Sequence record: NC_054916.1
Reading direction: 5' to 3' (one strand)
DNA: 64,000 nt
Source: Escherichia phage vB_EcoM-G28
A program made the position numbers and the translations under genes. The notes beneath the pieces were generated by a model. It was not told where the DNA came from. It did no database searches and was given only the letters and a program-made list of their open reading frames with translations. Each line of letters starts with the position of its first letter. Position 1 is the first letter of the stretch. This document shows, piece by piece, positions 1 to 9,554 of this stretch.

Positions 1-86
1 ATAAATTGACCGGATTTAAGCATAATACCAGAGTTAATAGTAGCGAAATTTTTAAGCAGAGCAGTAGTATCTTTAGACAGTTTCAT
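1..86 (-). CDS. 45: DNA polymerase sliding clamp gp45, N-terminal 28 codons only (gene runs off the left edge)
   Basis: Minus-strand translation from ATG at 84-86 reads MKLSKDTTALLKNFATINSGIMLKSGQF, matching the T4 gp45 N-terminus as I recall it; synteny with 46/47. Confidence 0.85.
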   Translation of the reverse strand, partial: MKLSKDTTALLKNFATINSGIMLKSGQF

Positions 87-115
87 GTAATTTCCTTCAA
101 TTCAAATGAGATTTA

Positions 116-140
116 ATTTTATAACTAATTTAATAAAGCA
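116..140 (-). promoter_or_regulatory. Middle-type promoter upstream of gene 45 (MotA box TGCTTTA, 12-nt spacer, -10 TAAAAT)
   Basis: Minus strand reads TGCTTTA-ttaaattagtta-TAAAAT about 30 nt upstream of the gene 45 ATG. Confidence 0.5.
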
Positions 141-141
141 A

Positions 142-531
142 TTAACGATTAAAATCAGCAGCAATTGTTTCCGCAACAATTTGAGCAGCAACAATTAGAC
201 GTTCATCTGCATTACCGCAATAACCATCTTCAAGGCGTTCACCACATGAAGTCATAATAAATTTAGCACCAGCATTTAGAGATTCTGTCGTATGTTTGCG
301 CATTAGTTCAATCCATTTATCACTCACTTCACGATCGATGGCTTCATAATACGCATGACGAGCAGGTGCAGATTTAATTTTGCTCTGAATAACTTCCATC
401 GCGTTATCAGAAAGAGACAAAACCCATGCTCGACGAATTTTATTTTGGTTTTGTGGATTTGATTCAGAACGCACGTGTTTTGGCTGAATATCTTTTACAT
501 CAACAGTATAATTCACAGTAATTTTAGTCAT
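142..531 (-). CDS. rpbA: 129-aa early protein at the rpbA position between 45 and 46
   Basis: ORF size and position match T4 rpbA; sequence itself not independently recognised. Confidence 0.55.
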   Translation of the reverse strand: MTKITVNYTVDVKDIQPKHVRSESNPQNQNKIRRAWVLSLSDNAMEVIQSKIKSAPARHAYYEAIDREVSDKWIELMRKHTTESLNAGAKFIMTSCGERLEDGYCGNADERLIVAAQIVAETIAADFNR

Positions 532-540
532 AATACACCT

Positions 541-732
541 TTAGTCATAATAATCAGTAACAGTCCAAGCTTCATTTCTATTGGACATTATTTTTGTATA
601 TTCTGCTTTAAATGCATTCCTAAGCATAGATTCAGTAACTATATGCTCTTCATTAGAAAAATTATTTCTCAGAATATATCGTTTTATTTCAGGAAAAGTT
701 AATAAATGCTGTCCAGTTGAATATTCTGCCAC
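541..732 (-). CDS. Hypothetical small early protein (63 aa)
   Basis: ORF in track, tightly packed on the same strand as neighbours. Confidence 0.4.
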   Translation of the reverse strand: MAEYSTGQHLLTFPEIKRYILRNNFSNEEHIVTESMLRNAFKAEYTKIMSNRNEAWTVTDYYD

Positions 733-783
733 AGTTCCTCCGTATAAATATGTTTATCACTCGCTGTATCAAAAGGATATGTT

Positions 784-1500
784 ATGAATTATAAACTAAT
801 TTATGAAAAGTTAATCTCTAATGCTAAATCTCGAAAACTTGATTGCTATACTGAATCTCATCACATTATACCACGCTGTTTAAATGGTAGCGATGATGCT
901 TCAAACTTAGTAGATTTAACACCAGAAGAGCACTATGTAGCTCATCAACTTTTAGTAAAAATTTATCCTTCTGAACCAAAATTAGTCTATGCTGCTAACA
1001 TGATGACAGTTTCCACGAAATACGCTAAACGCAACAATAAAACTTTCGGTTGGATTCGTCGTAAACTCTGGGAAATAGAAAAGAATAAAGAATTCTCCCA
1101 GGAGACACGAAAGAAAATGTCTGATGCAGTAGCTAATAAAGCAAGACTAACTTGTCCTCATTGCGGTAAATCTGGATTAAGCGGGAATATGAATCGATGG
1201 CATTTTGATAACTGCCCGAATCACCCTAATCCTAAAGTTAGACCACCGATGTCTAAAGAACATAGAAATAATATCTCAAACGGACTTAAAGCAATCGTTC
1301 TTGAAGAAACATCCTGCGAATTCTGCGGAATGATAGGCAAGAAATGCGTTATCGCAGCGCATAGAAATTTCTGCAAGAAAAATCCAAATGGACGCAAGAA
1401 AACTGAAAAGACTGGTACTTGCGTCCATTGTGGTAAAGTTACCACTTTCGGAAATTTATCAAGATGGCATAATGATAACTGTAAATATAAACCTAGCTAA
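784..1500 (+). mobile_element. Free-standing HNH homing endonuclease (Mob family) with three C-terminal CxxC zinc-finger repeats
   Basis: N-terminal HHIIPRC...N...EEH HNH motif; three repeats of C-x2-C...W-H-x-D-N-C; ATG with AAGGA SD; only plus-strand gene in the early region. Confidence 0.8.
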
Positions 1501-3181
1501 TCTTAGCTAAACTAAATCTACCAACTTTTTCCATCTGAATATGCTGACCATATTCTTGTGGGTCATGGTCTTTATGCGAAATTATGAAGAAGTTGGTATC
1601 CTTCAAACCATCTAAAATTTTAGCTACATTTTTAATACCTTCAGCATCAAATGCACCGTCATACACTTCATCAAGAAATAAACAACTTATTTTAACACCT
1701 GAAACTTTTTCAGCAATATCACGCCAAGTAAATAAAAGAGCAATATCAATTCGTGCTTTTTCACCTTGACTAAATGAAGCATAACTAAAATCTTCACGAC
1801 CACGGGATTTAATTGTCTCATTAAATTCTTCATCTAATGTAAACACATAATCCGCTTCCATTATTTTAAGATAATGGTTAATCTGCTTATTAAATAATGG
1901 AATGTACTTTTTAATAATAGCACCTTTAATACCAGAATCTTTGAGCATATCAGTCAAAATTCCTCTATGGTATTTTTCCATTACTAAATTAGTTTTTGTC
2001 TTAACAATTTTATCAAGTTCTTCTTGAAGCAGTGCTATTTCATCAGCGTGGTCAATAAACTCGGATGATGCTTTTTCTATAGCCGCTTTAACCTTTTTAG
2101 CTTTATCTACCGTCGTGATTAAGGATTGCTTTTTATTACGAATATCATTTGCCAATGACTGCTGAGTCTTAATATTATCTCGGTATTCATCGACAAGAAC
2201 TTTTAAATTATCACGATGTGTTGAAAGCTGTTCAAACGAATGCGTGCATTCAGAAACTTTATCTTTAATTTTAGAAACAACTTTATCACCGGAACTTAAT
2301 TGTGACAAACAGGTTGGACATAATCCACCTTCGTGATACATATTAATGACTTTATTATACGAGTCAATTTTTGATTTAATCAAAACTGCTTCTTGACCGA
2401 TTTTATTAAATGCATCAGTCGGGTCTTCATCTAAAACAATATTAACTAATCTTTCATTAGCTTCTTCTATTTCCGATTTTAGCGTTCTAGCTTCCTTTGC
2501 CAAATCGTCATACATATTCTGTAGACGAGTAAGGTTGTCACCAGTTAATTTTTTCTGGCGTTCAACGTTATCATTATATATTTTAATTTGCTGGATAATA
2601 CTATCTTTTTTAACATCAAGCACTTGGTTTTGTGAATTTAATTCACGTATTAGTGCTTTATTAAGTTTATCCATTTCAGCTAATGTTCCTACTTCGAGCA
2701 GGTCTTCGACAAGCTTTCTTCTTGCAGGAGTGGATAGGCCCATAAAAGGGGTATATCCAGCCGTGCCGAGTACGACGATCTGTTTGAAACTGGCGTATGA
2801 CATTCCGATAAGCTGTTCAAATTCTGCTTGGAAATCTTTACTGCTGGCAGATTCATTAAGACGTGTACCGTTAACGGTGATTTCGAAAACATTTGGTTTT
2901 TGTCCTCTTTTGATATAGTACTTTTTCTCATCATATTCCATCCACAGTTCAACTAAAAGTTCTTTCTTATTTGTGCTGTTTATTAATTGGCCTTTCTTTA
3001 CATCACGAAATGGCTTGCCAAAAAGCCCAAATGTGATGGCTTCTAACATAGTAGACTTACCACCGCCATTTCGTCCAGTAATAAGAGTTTTTTGAGCCTT
3101 ATCTAGTTGAATGTCAACTCCATTTTGACCAACTGACATTATATTTTTATATTTTACTCTATTAAGTTTAAATGATTTCAT
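1493..3181 (-). CDS. 46: Recombination endonuclease subunit gp46 (SbcC/Rad50-like ATPase)
   Basis: 562 aa; Walker A GRNGGGKST near N-terminus; long central coiled coil with CPTC zinc hook; C-terminal ABC signature region. Confidence 0.95.
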   Translation of the reverse strand: MKSFKLNRVKYKNIMSVGQNGVDIQLDKAQKTLITGRNGGGKSTMLEAITFGLFGKPFRDVKKGQLINSTNKKELLVELWMEYDEKKYYIKRGQKPNVFEITVNGTRLNESASSKDFQAEFEQLIGMSYASFKQIVVLGTAGYTPFMGLSTPARRKLVEDLLEVGTLAEMDKLNKALIRELNSQNQVLDVKKDSIIQQIKIYNDNVERQKKLTGDNLTRLQNMYDDLAKEARTLKSEIEEANERLVNIVLDEDPTDAFNKIGQEAVLIKSKIDSYNKVINMYHEGGLCPTCLSQLSSGDKVVSKIKDKVSECTHSFEQLSTHRDNLKVLVDEYRDNIKTQQSLANDIRNKKQSLITTVDKAKKVKAAIEKASSEFIDHADEIALLQEELDKIVKTKTNLVMEKYHRGILTDMLKDSGIKGAIIKKYIPLFNKQINHYLKIMEADYVFTLDEEFNETIKSRGREDFSYASFSQGEKARIDIALLFTWRDIAEKVSGVKISCLFLDEVYDGAFDAEGIKNVAKILDGLKDTNFFIISHKDHDPQEYGQHIQMEKVGRFSLAKIS

Positions 3182-3196
3182 TTTGTATCCAATTGT

Positions 3197-4051
3197 TCAC
3201 AATGAAGAAAATTCTTTAACTAAAGCCTGTAATGAAGCCTCTATTGGATATCCATTCTTAACTAACATTTTCCTAAACATTACATGTTTAGGACGATTAT
3301 ATGATATCCACAATTCATACAATTTATCTTTATTATCCCAATGATAGCCTTTTCGTCGAGATGCTATATGAGCTTTTCTAATCTCCGGATTTTTCCAACT
3401 AGCAGCTACTGAATTTGATATAGCTATTTTATATTCAGGTTTTGATAAAGCAGCACGAACAGCCTTTTGGTGTTTAATTTTATTTTCTTCGTTATTAAAC
3501 CATTCCCTTGAAGCAATTGAAATTTTTTGTTTTGTTTTAAAATTATTTAATCTTTCTTTGTTATCTTTCCTATTTTTTGCTACTGAAAAATATTTTAATG
3601 CCCTTTCTCTAGCAGCATTTCTATTTTGCGGATTTGAATAATACTGTTGAAGCCTTTTTGATATTGTGTCACTTACATCTTGTTTTATAAAACTATATTC
3701 AGCAGCTATTAAATCAACTTCGGCTAAAGATAAATTTTTATATGTTTTTCCTGACATCATTCTATTTAAAGCATTTAGCATTTTTCCATTTTTACCTTTT
3801 GCTAATAAGAAATGTGCTTTAAAATGATTAAAATGACTTAAATTAACTAAATTCCATGTAGATTTTAAATATTCAGGAAATATTGATTTAGGAAGCACGT
3901 GGTGTGCTTCCGTTTTACCTGGAGTTTTAACAGTTGAATTCATAGAAATAAAATTAATGTAAGACTTGGCGTCTTCTTCACTCAACGCTAATTTTTCAAC
4001 TAATTCCTTTATTAAAAATTCATCATTAATGTCAAGTTTAAAATTCTTCAC
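3197..4051 (-). mobile_element. Free-standing HNH homing endonuclease between genes 46 and 47 (GTG start per track)
   Basis: EAHHVLPKS...NLVNLSHFNHFKAHFL HNH motif; C-terminal half resembles the C-terminus of the HNH at 23701-24480. Confidence 0.75.
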
Positions 4052-4311
4052 AAAAGATTCCTTTTAATGTATCTTTTAGACCATTCTATCATATCATCAT
4101 AATCTAAAAAGTATTCGTCAAATTCAGCCATGCAAACAACGCCTTGTGCTGTTTTTGATGTAATGTAAATTATTCCAACATATCTAGAATCTTCTTCGAT
4201 ATAATCAATATTTGCTATGAATTCATCATTAATGTCAAATGTCGAAAACTTCACAGTATGCATCCTTAATACAAGATACAGCCATATCTCGTAATGATTT
4301 AGGTGTGTCAT
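4048..4311 (-). CDS. Hypothetical small protein, start uncertain (ATG at 4311 or 4263)
   Basis: ORF in track; contains the DINDEF segment whose 19-bp coding sequence is repeated at the 5' end of the HNH gene. Confidence 0.4.
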   Translation of the reverse strand: MTHLNHYEIWLYLVLRMHTVKFSTFDINDEFIANIDYIEEDSRYVGIIYITSKTAQGVVCMAEFDEYFLDYDDMIEWSKRYIKRNLL

Positions 4312-4498
4312 TATCTAAAATGTTGAAGTTAAAAGATACAGCCCAGTCAGTGCAGACTGTAACCTTTTTAATACAATTATCTTCAACCTCTAACGGTTCA
4401 AACCAATATTCAATAATTTCTTTATGCCCAATATCATCTTTTACTTCGCATTCAAAATGCTGACTCATCATAACATTTTTAAATTCATCAAAAGTCAT
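4235..4498 (-). CDS. Hypothetical small protein (87 aa)
   Basis: ORF in track starting in overlap with the gene 47 stop. Confidence 0.45.
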   Translation of the reverse strand: MTFDEFKNVMMSQHFECEVKDDIGHKEIIEYWFEPLEVEDNCIKKVTVCTDWAVSFNFNILDNDTPKSLRDMAVSCIKDAYCEVFDI

Positions 4499-5514
4499 TG
4501 TGTTGCCTCTACATATAACTGATTTGCATATTGAATAAGTGCTTCACGGTCAGAATCAGTGATGTCTGGAATTGCATTAATGTATTCTTCCATCAATGTC
4601 TGAAGAGATTGAACTTCAACTTCTTCACTATCATCTGACTCGACAGAGTTATCAATCTTTGACACAACTCGTAATGAATGCACAACTTTTTCTAGTTCAG
4701 ATTCGAACTTCGTTAGATTTTTGTCTACTTCAGTTACTATAACACGTACTGATAGATTTGTAAAATCTTTATAGTCAATTTTTCCTTTAAATGGATAATG
4801 AATTCTACGATGCCAGGTAGTGTTGTTTGGAATAAATTCCATTCGTTCTGTTTCTGTATCAAACATCCAGAACCCACGAGGGTCATTCTCGTCACCTGCA
4901 GTTAGTGTCCATGGTGTCCCAATATATCTGACGTTAGCAGCCTCAGAGATAGTATGGAAGTGACCAGACCACACTTCTTTATAAGTCTTAAGGAAATCAG
5001 GTTCAAGACCATGAGATTTCATTCCTTTATAAAAATAAAATCCATTCAGTTCCCAGTGACCAACACAAAAAGAAGCAGAAGAAGTTTTTATGTGCTCGAG
5101 AATTTCACCAGTATTTTCTTCACACATCCAAGGAATTAAATCAATTAAACATCCGTCAAAATCTACTGTAGTAGGCTTATCATACACTTTAACATTAGGA
5201 TATTTAGCCAAAAGCTCAGTAGAAGCATTTGGATGCATTACATTTTTGTAGTGGAGATCGTGATTTCCTACAATAGTATGTAATGTGATTCCAGCGTCAT
5301 CAAGCATTTGAACTATTTCACGGGCAAACTCCATAGTTTTATGTGTAATTGCTTTTCGCACATCAAAAATATCACCATATTGAATCCATACAGTAATTCC
5401 ATTTTTCTTAGAATATTCTATCGCTTGCTTAATTCCATCAATTTGAATACCGCGAATCCACTCATCATCAGCTTTAACGCCTAAATGCCAATCACCCAAG
5501 TTTAGTATTTTCAT
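4495..5514 (-). CDS. 47: Recombination endonuclease subunit gp47 (SbcD/Mre11-like phosphoesterase)
   Basis: 339 aa; N-terminal LGDWHLG and GNHD metallophosphatase motifs. Confidence 0.95.
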   Translation of the reverse strand: MKILNLGDWHLGVKADDEWIRGIQIDGIKQAIEYSKKNGITVWIQYGDIFDVRKAITHKTMEFAREIVQMLDDAGITLHTIVGNHDLHYKNVMHPNASTELLAKYPNVKVYDKPTTVDFDGCLIDLIPWMCEENTGEILEHIKTSSASFCVGHWELNGFYFYKGMKSHGLEPDFLKTYKEVWSGHFHTISEAANVRYIGTPWTLTAGDENDPRGFWMFDTETERMEFIPNNTTWHRRIHYPFKGKIDYKDFTNLSVRVIVTEVDKNLTKFESELEKVVHSLRVVSKIDNSVESDDSEEVEVQSLQTLMEEYINAIPDITDSDREALIQYANQLYVEATQ

Positions 5515-6115
5515 GGTGTCTTTTCCATCCTAATTTAGCTGCTTTTGAAACCAGTTCTTTAATTTTTCCTTTTGTCCATTCAGGACCAGGAGGTTCATGA
5601 CATAACATTTGCTTAACTCCGTTATTATACCATTTTTTACCTTTATTATGTGATGAAGCTTTAAATTTATTTGACCTTCCTTTTACATAACCTTCTGGAA
5701 TATAAGGCAAAAAGGCAGATTTTCCTGTTAATGGATCATGTGAATGTATATTTCCTTTACAATTATGAGAACCATATAATGGATGATTTTGTCCTTTATT
5801 ATCTCTTCCAAATGAACCTTTTGGAGCAGCATATGACATATTAAAGAATAATGGATTTTTAACTGCATCATGCAATCGTTGATAATATAACTCGCATTTA
5901 ATAGCTTCTTCACGCGTATCAAATTCAGCTAAAATGCATGAATCAAATAAGTGAGGATTATCTGAAAGCTCTTTATTATAAATTTTCTTATACTTTTTAG
6001 ATAAAACTGAACCATGATATCCAGCTAAATGCCTATCTAAAGACGTAGATCCAATATAAAAAGGAGGAAGTTTATCTCCGCTATATATTGTTAAATAAGT
6101 TATATATTTTTTCAT
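5492..6115 (-). mobile_element. Free-standing GIY-YIG homing endonuclease (Seg-like)
   Basis: N-terminal YLTIYSG...FYIGST with conserved Arg and Glu; basic C-terminal region; 3' end overlaps the gene 47 start by 23 nt. Confidence 0.75.
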
Positions 6116-6252
6116 ATATCAAGAACCGTCATTGAAATGCAAAATAAAATTATTGAAATAAACCCATCTGGTGTGCTAAAGAACCCAATCCAACATGCTC
6201 TAGTGAATAGATAAAATGCAAGAAAAAGTATCACATATCCAAGAAATATCAT
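6112..6252 (-). CDS. Small hydrophobic protein (46 aa), not in ORF track
   Basis: ATG at 6250-6252 with GGAG SD; translation MIFLGYVILFLAFYLFTRACWIGFF...; stop overlaps the ATG of the GIY-YIG gene. Confidence 0.4.
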   Translation of the reverse strand: MIFLGYVILFLAFYLFTRACWIGFFSTPDGFISIILFCISMTVLDI

Positions 6253-6275
6253 TATATCAAACTCCGTATAAAGCT

Positions 6276-6294
6276 AAAGGGCCGAAGCCCTTTA
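6276..6294. terminator. Stem-loop GGGC-CGAA-GCCC with flanking T-run
   Basis: Perfect inverted repeat with tetraloop; same core at 7547-7560, 9918-9929 and 36187-36200. Confidence 0.5.
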
Positions 6295-7494
6295 TTTTGT
6301 AATAATGTCAAACTGTTCTTTAAAGCAGAAGCTTGAATCTTGATGCTGATACAAAAATTCATAAGCTTTTTCGCGTTCGCGGTCATAAAGAGTTCGGTCA
6401 GATGACAGTTCTTTAATACGTTCAAATGTTGATTCCATGTCATTTTCATCAAACCAAATGATACCGCTATCATGCGAGGTCAAAGGAGTATTATCAACAC
6501 GGAATTTTAAATTTTCGCCAGTAGATTTCCAAAATACCGGAATTGTTCCACATGCACCAAGCTCGAGATGAGTATATTCTAAAGAGCGCTGTAGATATTT
6601 TTTATCCAACTTACTCAACTGATAACCAAAACCGGATTTACTCATACGTTCAAGCATTTCGCTATTTACATAACGGTCAAGAATTTGCGTTGGTAAATTA
6701 GGAGCAATTTTAATTTGGTCTACTTGATGAAGACGATAATACTCGTATGGAATTCCTTTTTCTTTAATAGGAATGAACGCTGGAGAACGTTCCAGACCTT
6801 CCATAATAGTACTTAGTCCTGCAGGTTTAAGATGTTTTTCATGAAAATCAAACATCTGATAAAAACCTTTCCATGTAGTCGTACGACCAATCCAACGGTT
6901 GATATTCATGTTAATTTCAGAAACATCTTTCCAGTAGGTTGACCGAACCTTCGCAATATCCATAGGAGGCTGAAAGTTATATACTGTCGGTGCTTCTTCA
7001 ATATCATCAAACAGAGAAACTGTTTCAGGATACCATTCTTTCATCAGAACTTTATTAAAATCACCATTATCAGAATGGCTAAAAATAACATCAGCTCGAC
7101 GAACAGTTTCTTCTAATCCCAAATTTCGGCGTAAAGAAAGAGAAGAATGGTCATGTTGATAAACTACAACACGAACCGAAGGTTTAATGTTATCAATAAT
7201 TTTTTTATAGTTATTAATAGTGTCTTCTTCAACTGAAGTAGCAGGAACTGAATTGATAATTAGAATATCACAATCATTTACCAGCTTAAGTGTTTTATCG
7301 TATTCTTTTGCCAATAAAACCGGAATTGAAAATGATTTATAATCATGCGCGCAATTACGAGTAAATGATTTATCTTTAGCATAAACCAAAGTTACTTCAT
7401 GACCATTCTTAATAAACCAATCACGTTGCTCAAGAGAAAATTTAGTTACACCACAACCTTCAAGACCTCGAGCCATAAAAATACATACTTTCAT
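6292..7494 (-). CDS. a-gt: DNA alpha-glucosyltransferase
   Basis: 400 aa; translation matches T4 alpha-glucosyltransferase along its length as I recall it (MKVCIFMARGLEGCGVTKFSLEQRDWFIKNGHEVTLVYAKDKSF...). Confidence 0.95.
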   Translation of the reverse strand: MKVCIFMARGLEGCGVTKFSLEQRDWFIKNGHEVTLVYAKDKSFTRNCAHDYKSFSIPVLLAKEYDKTLKLVNDCDILIINSVPATSVEEDTINNYKKIIDNIKPSVRVVVYQHDHSSLSLRRNLGLEETVRRADVIFSHSDNGDFNKVLMKEWYPETVSLFDDIEEAPTVYNFQPPMDIAKVRSTYWKDVSEINMNINRWIGRTTTWKGFYQMFDFHEKHLKPAGLSTIMEGLERSPAFIPIKEKGIPYEYYRLHQVDQIKIAPNLPTQILDRYVNSEMLERMSKSGFGYQLSKLDKKYLQRSLEYTHLELGACGTIPVFWKSTGENLKFRVDNTPLTSHDSGIIWFDENDMESTFERIKELSSDRTLYDREREKAYEFLYQHQDSSFCFKEQFDIITK

Positions 7495-7517
7495 TTAATA
7501 TCCTCTTTGTTTTGGTT

Positions 7518-7541
7518 TATTTTACCAAAAATTTATAAAGC
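7518..7541 (-). promoter_or_regulatory. Candidate middle promoter upstream of a-gt (TGCTTTA, 11-nt spacer, TAAAAT)
   Basis: Minus strand motif about 24 nt upstream of the a-gt ATG. Confidence 0.4.
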
Positions 7542-7546
7542 AATAT

Positions 7547-7560
7547 AGGAGCCGAAGCTC
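7547..7560. terminator. Stem-loop GGAGC-CGAA-GCTCC
   Basis: Perfect inverted repeat with CGAA tetraloop. Confidence 0.45.
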
Positions 7561-7737
7561 CTATCCACATAATACGCCATACAGAGGCTCGTTAGAACTT
7601 CTAAATTTTCTGCGCTTATATGTTATAGTTCCTTCTGCTTTAGCTTTATCATGAGACTCTTTAAAGCGTCTCATCATTTCCTCTTTAGAGGAACAAATTT
7701 TATTATAATCTATTTCAGAAGTCTGGGTGTTCATCTT

Positions 7738-7944
7738 TCATAACTGCCACCATTTTTTGACTTGATAAGAATCAACCCACACTTTCATATTAGGGTCTGC
7801 TCTTACAATAGGAGGATTAACTTCTTTAATTGAACTATCATGGTATTCTTTTTCAGAAATTTTCACACAAAGATGACCATTCAAAGATTCAGTAAATCCT
7901 GCATTAATTTTAAGACGCTTGAATTTTACGTGTGTAAGCATCAA
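7738..7944 (-). CDS. Hypothetical small early protein (68 aa)
   Basis: ORF in track. Confidence 0.45.
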   Translation of the reverse strand: MMLTHVKFKRLKINAGFTESLNGHLCVKISEKEYHDSSIKEVNPPIVRADPNMKVWVDSYQVKKWWQL

Positions 7945-8227
7945 TCATATCCTCAATCTGCGATCTAGTAGTCTTCCAAAGAATACTGATGAGTTCATCG
8001 TTATATGGCTGTTTTAGAATATCCCGACTTTTCTTGATAGCATATTCGTATTGAGCAAAATTATTATTTTCAGCTGCAATCTGAGCGTGCTTATAAAGAC
8101 GATTCAGTTCGCGTTTGTTTTTAGACAATAACTTATTTGCTTTTCTTTCTGCTTCAAGACGGTTCTTTTCTTCAATAGAAGAAATAAGCTTTTCCACTTC
8201 ATCATTAATTTCGGGTTTATCAGTCAT
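7910..8227 (-). CDS. Hypothetical early protein (105 aa), predicted helical/coiled coil
   Basis: ORF in track; charged heptad-like sequence. Confidence 0.5.
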   Translation of the reverse strand: MTDKPEINDEVEKLISSIEEKNRLEAERKANKLLSKNKRELNRLYKHAQIAAENNNFAQYEYAIKKSRDILKQPYNDELISILWKTTRSQIEDMIDAYTRKIQAS

Positions 8228-8228
8228 A

Positions 8229-8447
8229 TTATTTCTCTAATATAAAATAAAAATCATCATCTGTTAAATGATACCGATAATTTAATTCTACACCATTAGA
8301 TTTAAAAGCGGTATCATACGGATTTTCTGGATCAATATCAATGTCAAGAGCTAAAACTTCCCTGAGATACATTTTAAGTAAATAGGGAATAGCTTCAACT
8401 TCAGGTATTTCTTCCAAGAATCCGGAGAGGTTAATCGTTAGCCTCAT
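8229..8447 (-). CDS. Hypothetical small early protein (72 aa)
   Basis: ORF in track. Confidence 0.45.
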
Positions 8448-8988
8448 ATAAAAAATCCAAACTAGGAGAATCGTCTACAACACTTTTCTTTTCAGCCCCC
8501 GGTGTTCTATAGGTTGATTCTTCGTAATGCGTCATTTTATCGTAGATGTCTTGAATAAAAGTTTCATCTACTAACGCAACCATATCGTCGTCACGGCTGT
8601 CATAGACATTGTGAACGAAGTAACTATATTTCTTTGCAACTTCCTTACGTTCTTTTTTAATACGTTGGACGAATGCATTAAAACAAGCTTGAGTTATATA
8701 CGCATGTGGGTTTTTATATTTCGTTTCATCAAAATTATGAAGCCCCTTAATAGAAGCTTCTATACCATCTGCAATCATTTCTTGTTTCCAAGACTGGGTG
8801 TATCCTGAAAAGTTGAAACGTTTAGATAAGCCTTCTGCAATAAGCATAATGGCTAATCCGATAGTATCATTTTGACGAACTACTTTATTTGGGTCTTTAT
8901 TATTTGCTAATTCTGTTTTCCAATCAATAATAGCTTGTAAAAGCTCTTTATTGTTTACGTAATTATATTTAGGCTTAGTTTCTGACAT
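8431..8988 (-). CDS. 55: Late-transcription sigma factor gp55
   Basis: Translation from the internal ATG begins [24 protein letters not shown], 185 aa, matching T4 gp55. Confidence 0.9.
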
Positions 8989-9025
8989 TTTCACCTCTTA
9001 GCTCAATTCATAGATCTATTATATC

Positions 9026-9053
9026 ATAATATTTGAAGATCTATCTTAAAGCA
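9026..9053 (-). promoter_or_regulatory. Possible promoter upstream of gene 55 (TGCTTTA box, 15-nt spacer, TATTAT)
   Basis: Motif present but spacer longer than typical for MotA promoters. Confidence 0.25.
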
Positions 9054-9066
9054 CAGAGGATATCAG

Positions 9067-9336
9067 TTATCTAAGTAAACAGTATGCTTGGAACACTTTC
9101 TCCATCATCTTTTTAAATTCATGAATATCTATATAATGACTAGTTAAATCAGCATGATATAAAAAGTCTAAAAACTTTTCATGTGTGCTAACATATTCAC
9201 TTTCATTTAATTCAGAAACATGACTTTCCCAATATCCAACACCAGTCTTATTTGGGAAAAATGAAATTTTCATATATTGGTCAACATAGAAAATGCCATA
9301 ATTTTCAATAGTAATAGAAATATTAATAAATTTCAT
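9067..9336 (-). CDS. Hypothetical early protein (89 aa)
   Basis: ORF in track. Confidence 0.45.
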   Translation of the reverse strand: MKFINISITIENYGIFYVDQYMKISFFPNKTGVGYWESHVSELNESEYVSTHEKFLDFLYHADLTSHYIDIHEFKKMMEKVFQAYCLLR

Positions 9337-9554
9337 ACATTCATCAACTTAGCCGCTTCGAGAGCTGCATCTAGTGAATCAAATTGGTCAACATATTCAA
9401 TCAATTCGCCGTAATTAGCATATAACCACCATTGGCTAAATTCATACTCAAGGATGAATCCGTTTCCTTCAATTTGAGTTAAACCAATGCCATTTGTATT
9501 TACTTCATACCCAGCAAGACGCAAATCGTTAATAAGAGCTTCGTTCATATTCAT
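9333..9554 (-). CDS. Hypothetical early protein (73 aa)
   Basis: ORF in track. Confidence 0.45.
   Translation of the reverse strand: MNMNEALINDLRLAGYEVNTNGIGLTQIEGNGFILEYEFSQWWLYANYGELIEYVDQFDSLDAALEAAKLMNV

Noticed and set aside
2535-2952. Plus- and minus-strand ORFs inside gene 46 (2535-2918 plus, 2689-2952 minus)
   Set aside because: They lie wholly within the gp46 coding sequence, which is well supported; no start signals; treated as shadow ORFs. The same reasoning applies to 12001-12225, 12851-13066 and 13288-13506 inside nrdD and 22956-23297 inside the nucleotidyltransferase gene
6252-6473. 73-aa ORF overlapping the 3' end of a-gt in another frame
   Set aside because: Embedded in the a-gt coding region; the smaller ORF 6112-6252 with a proper SD is preferred for the intergenic space
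9026-9053. Strong MotA-dependent middle promoter for gene 55
   Set aside because: A TGCTTTA box is present but the 15-nt spacing to the nearest -10-like hexamer is longer than the 11-13 nt usual for T4 middle promoters; kept only as a low-confidence feature
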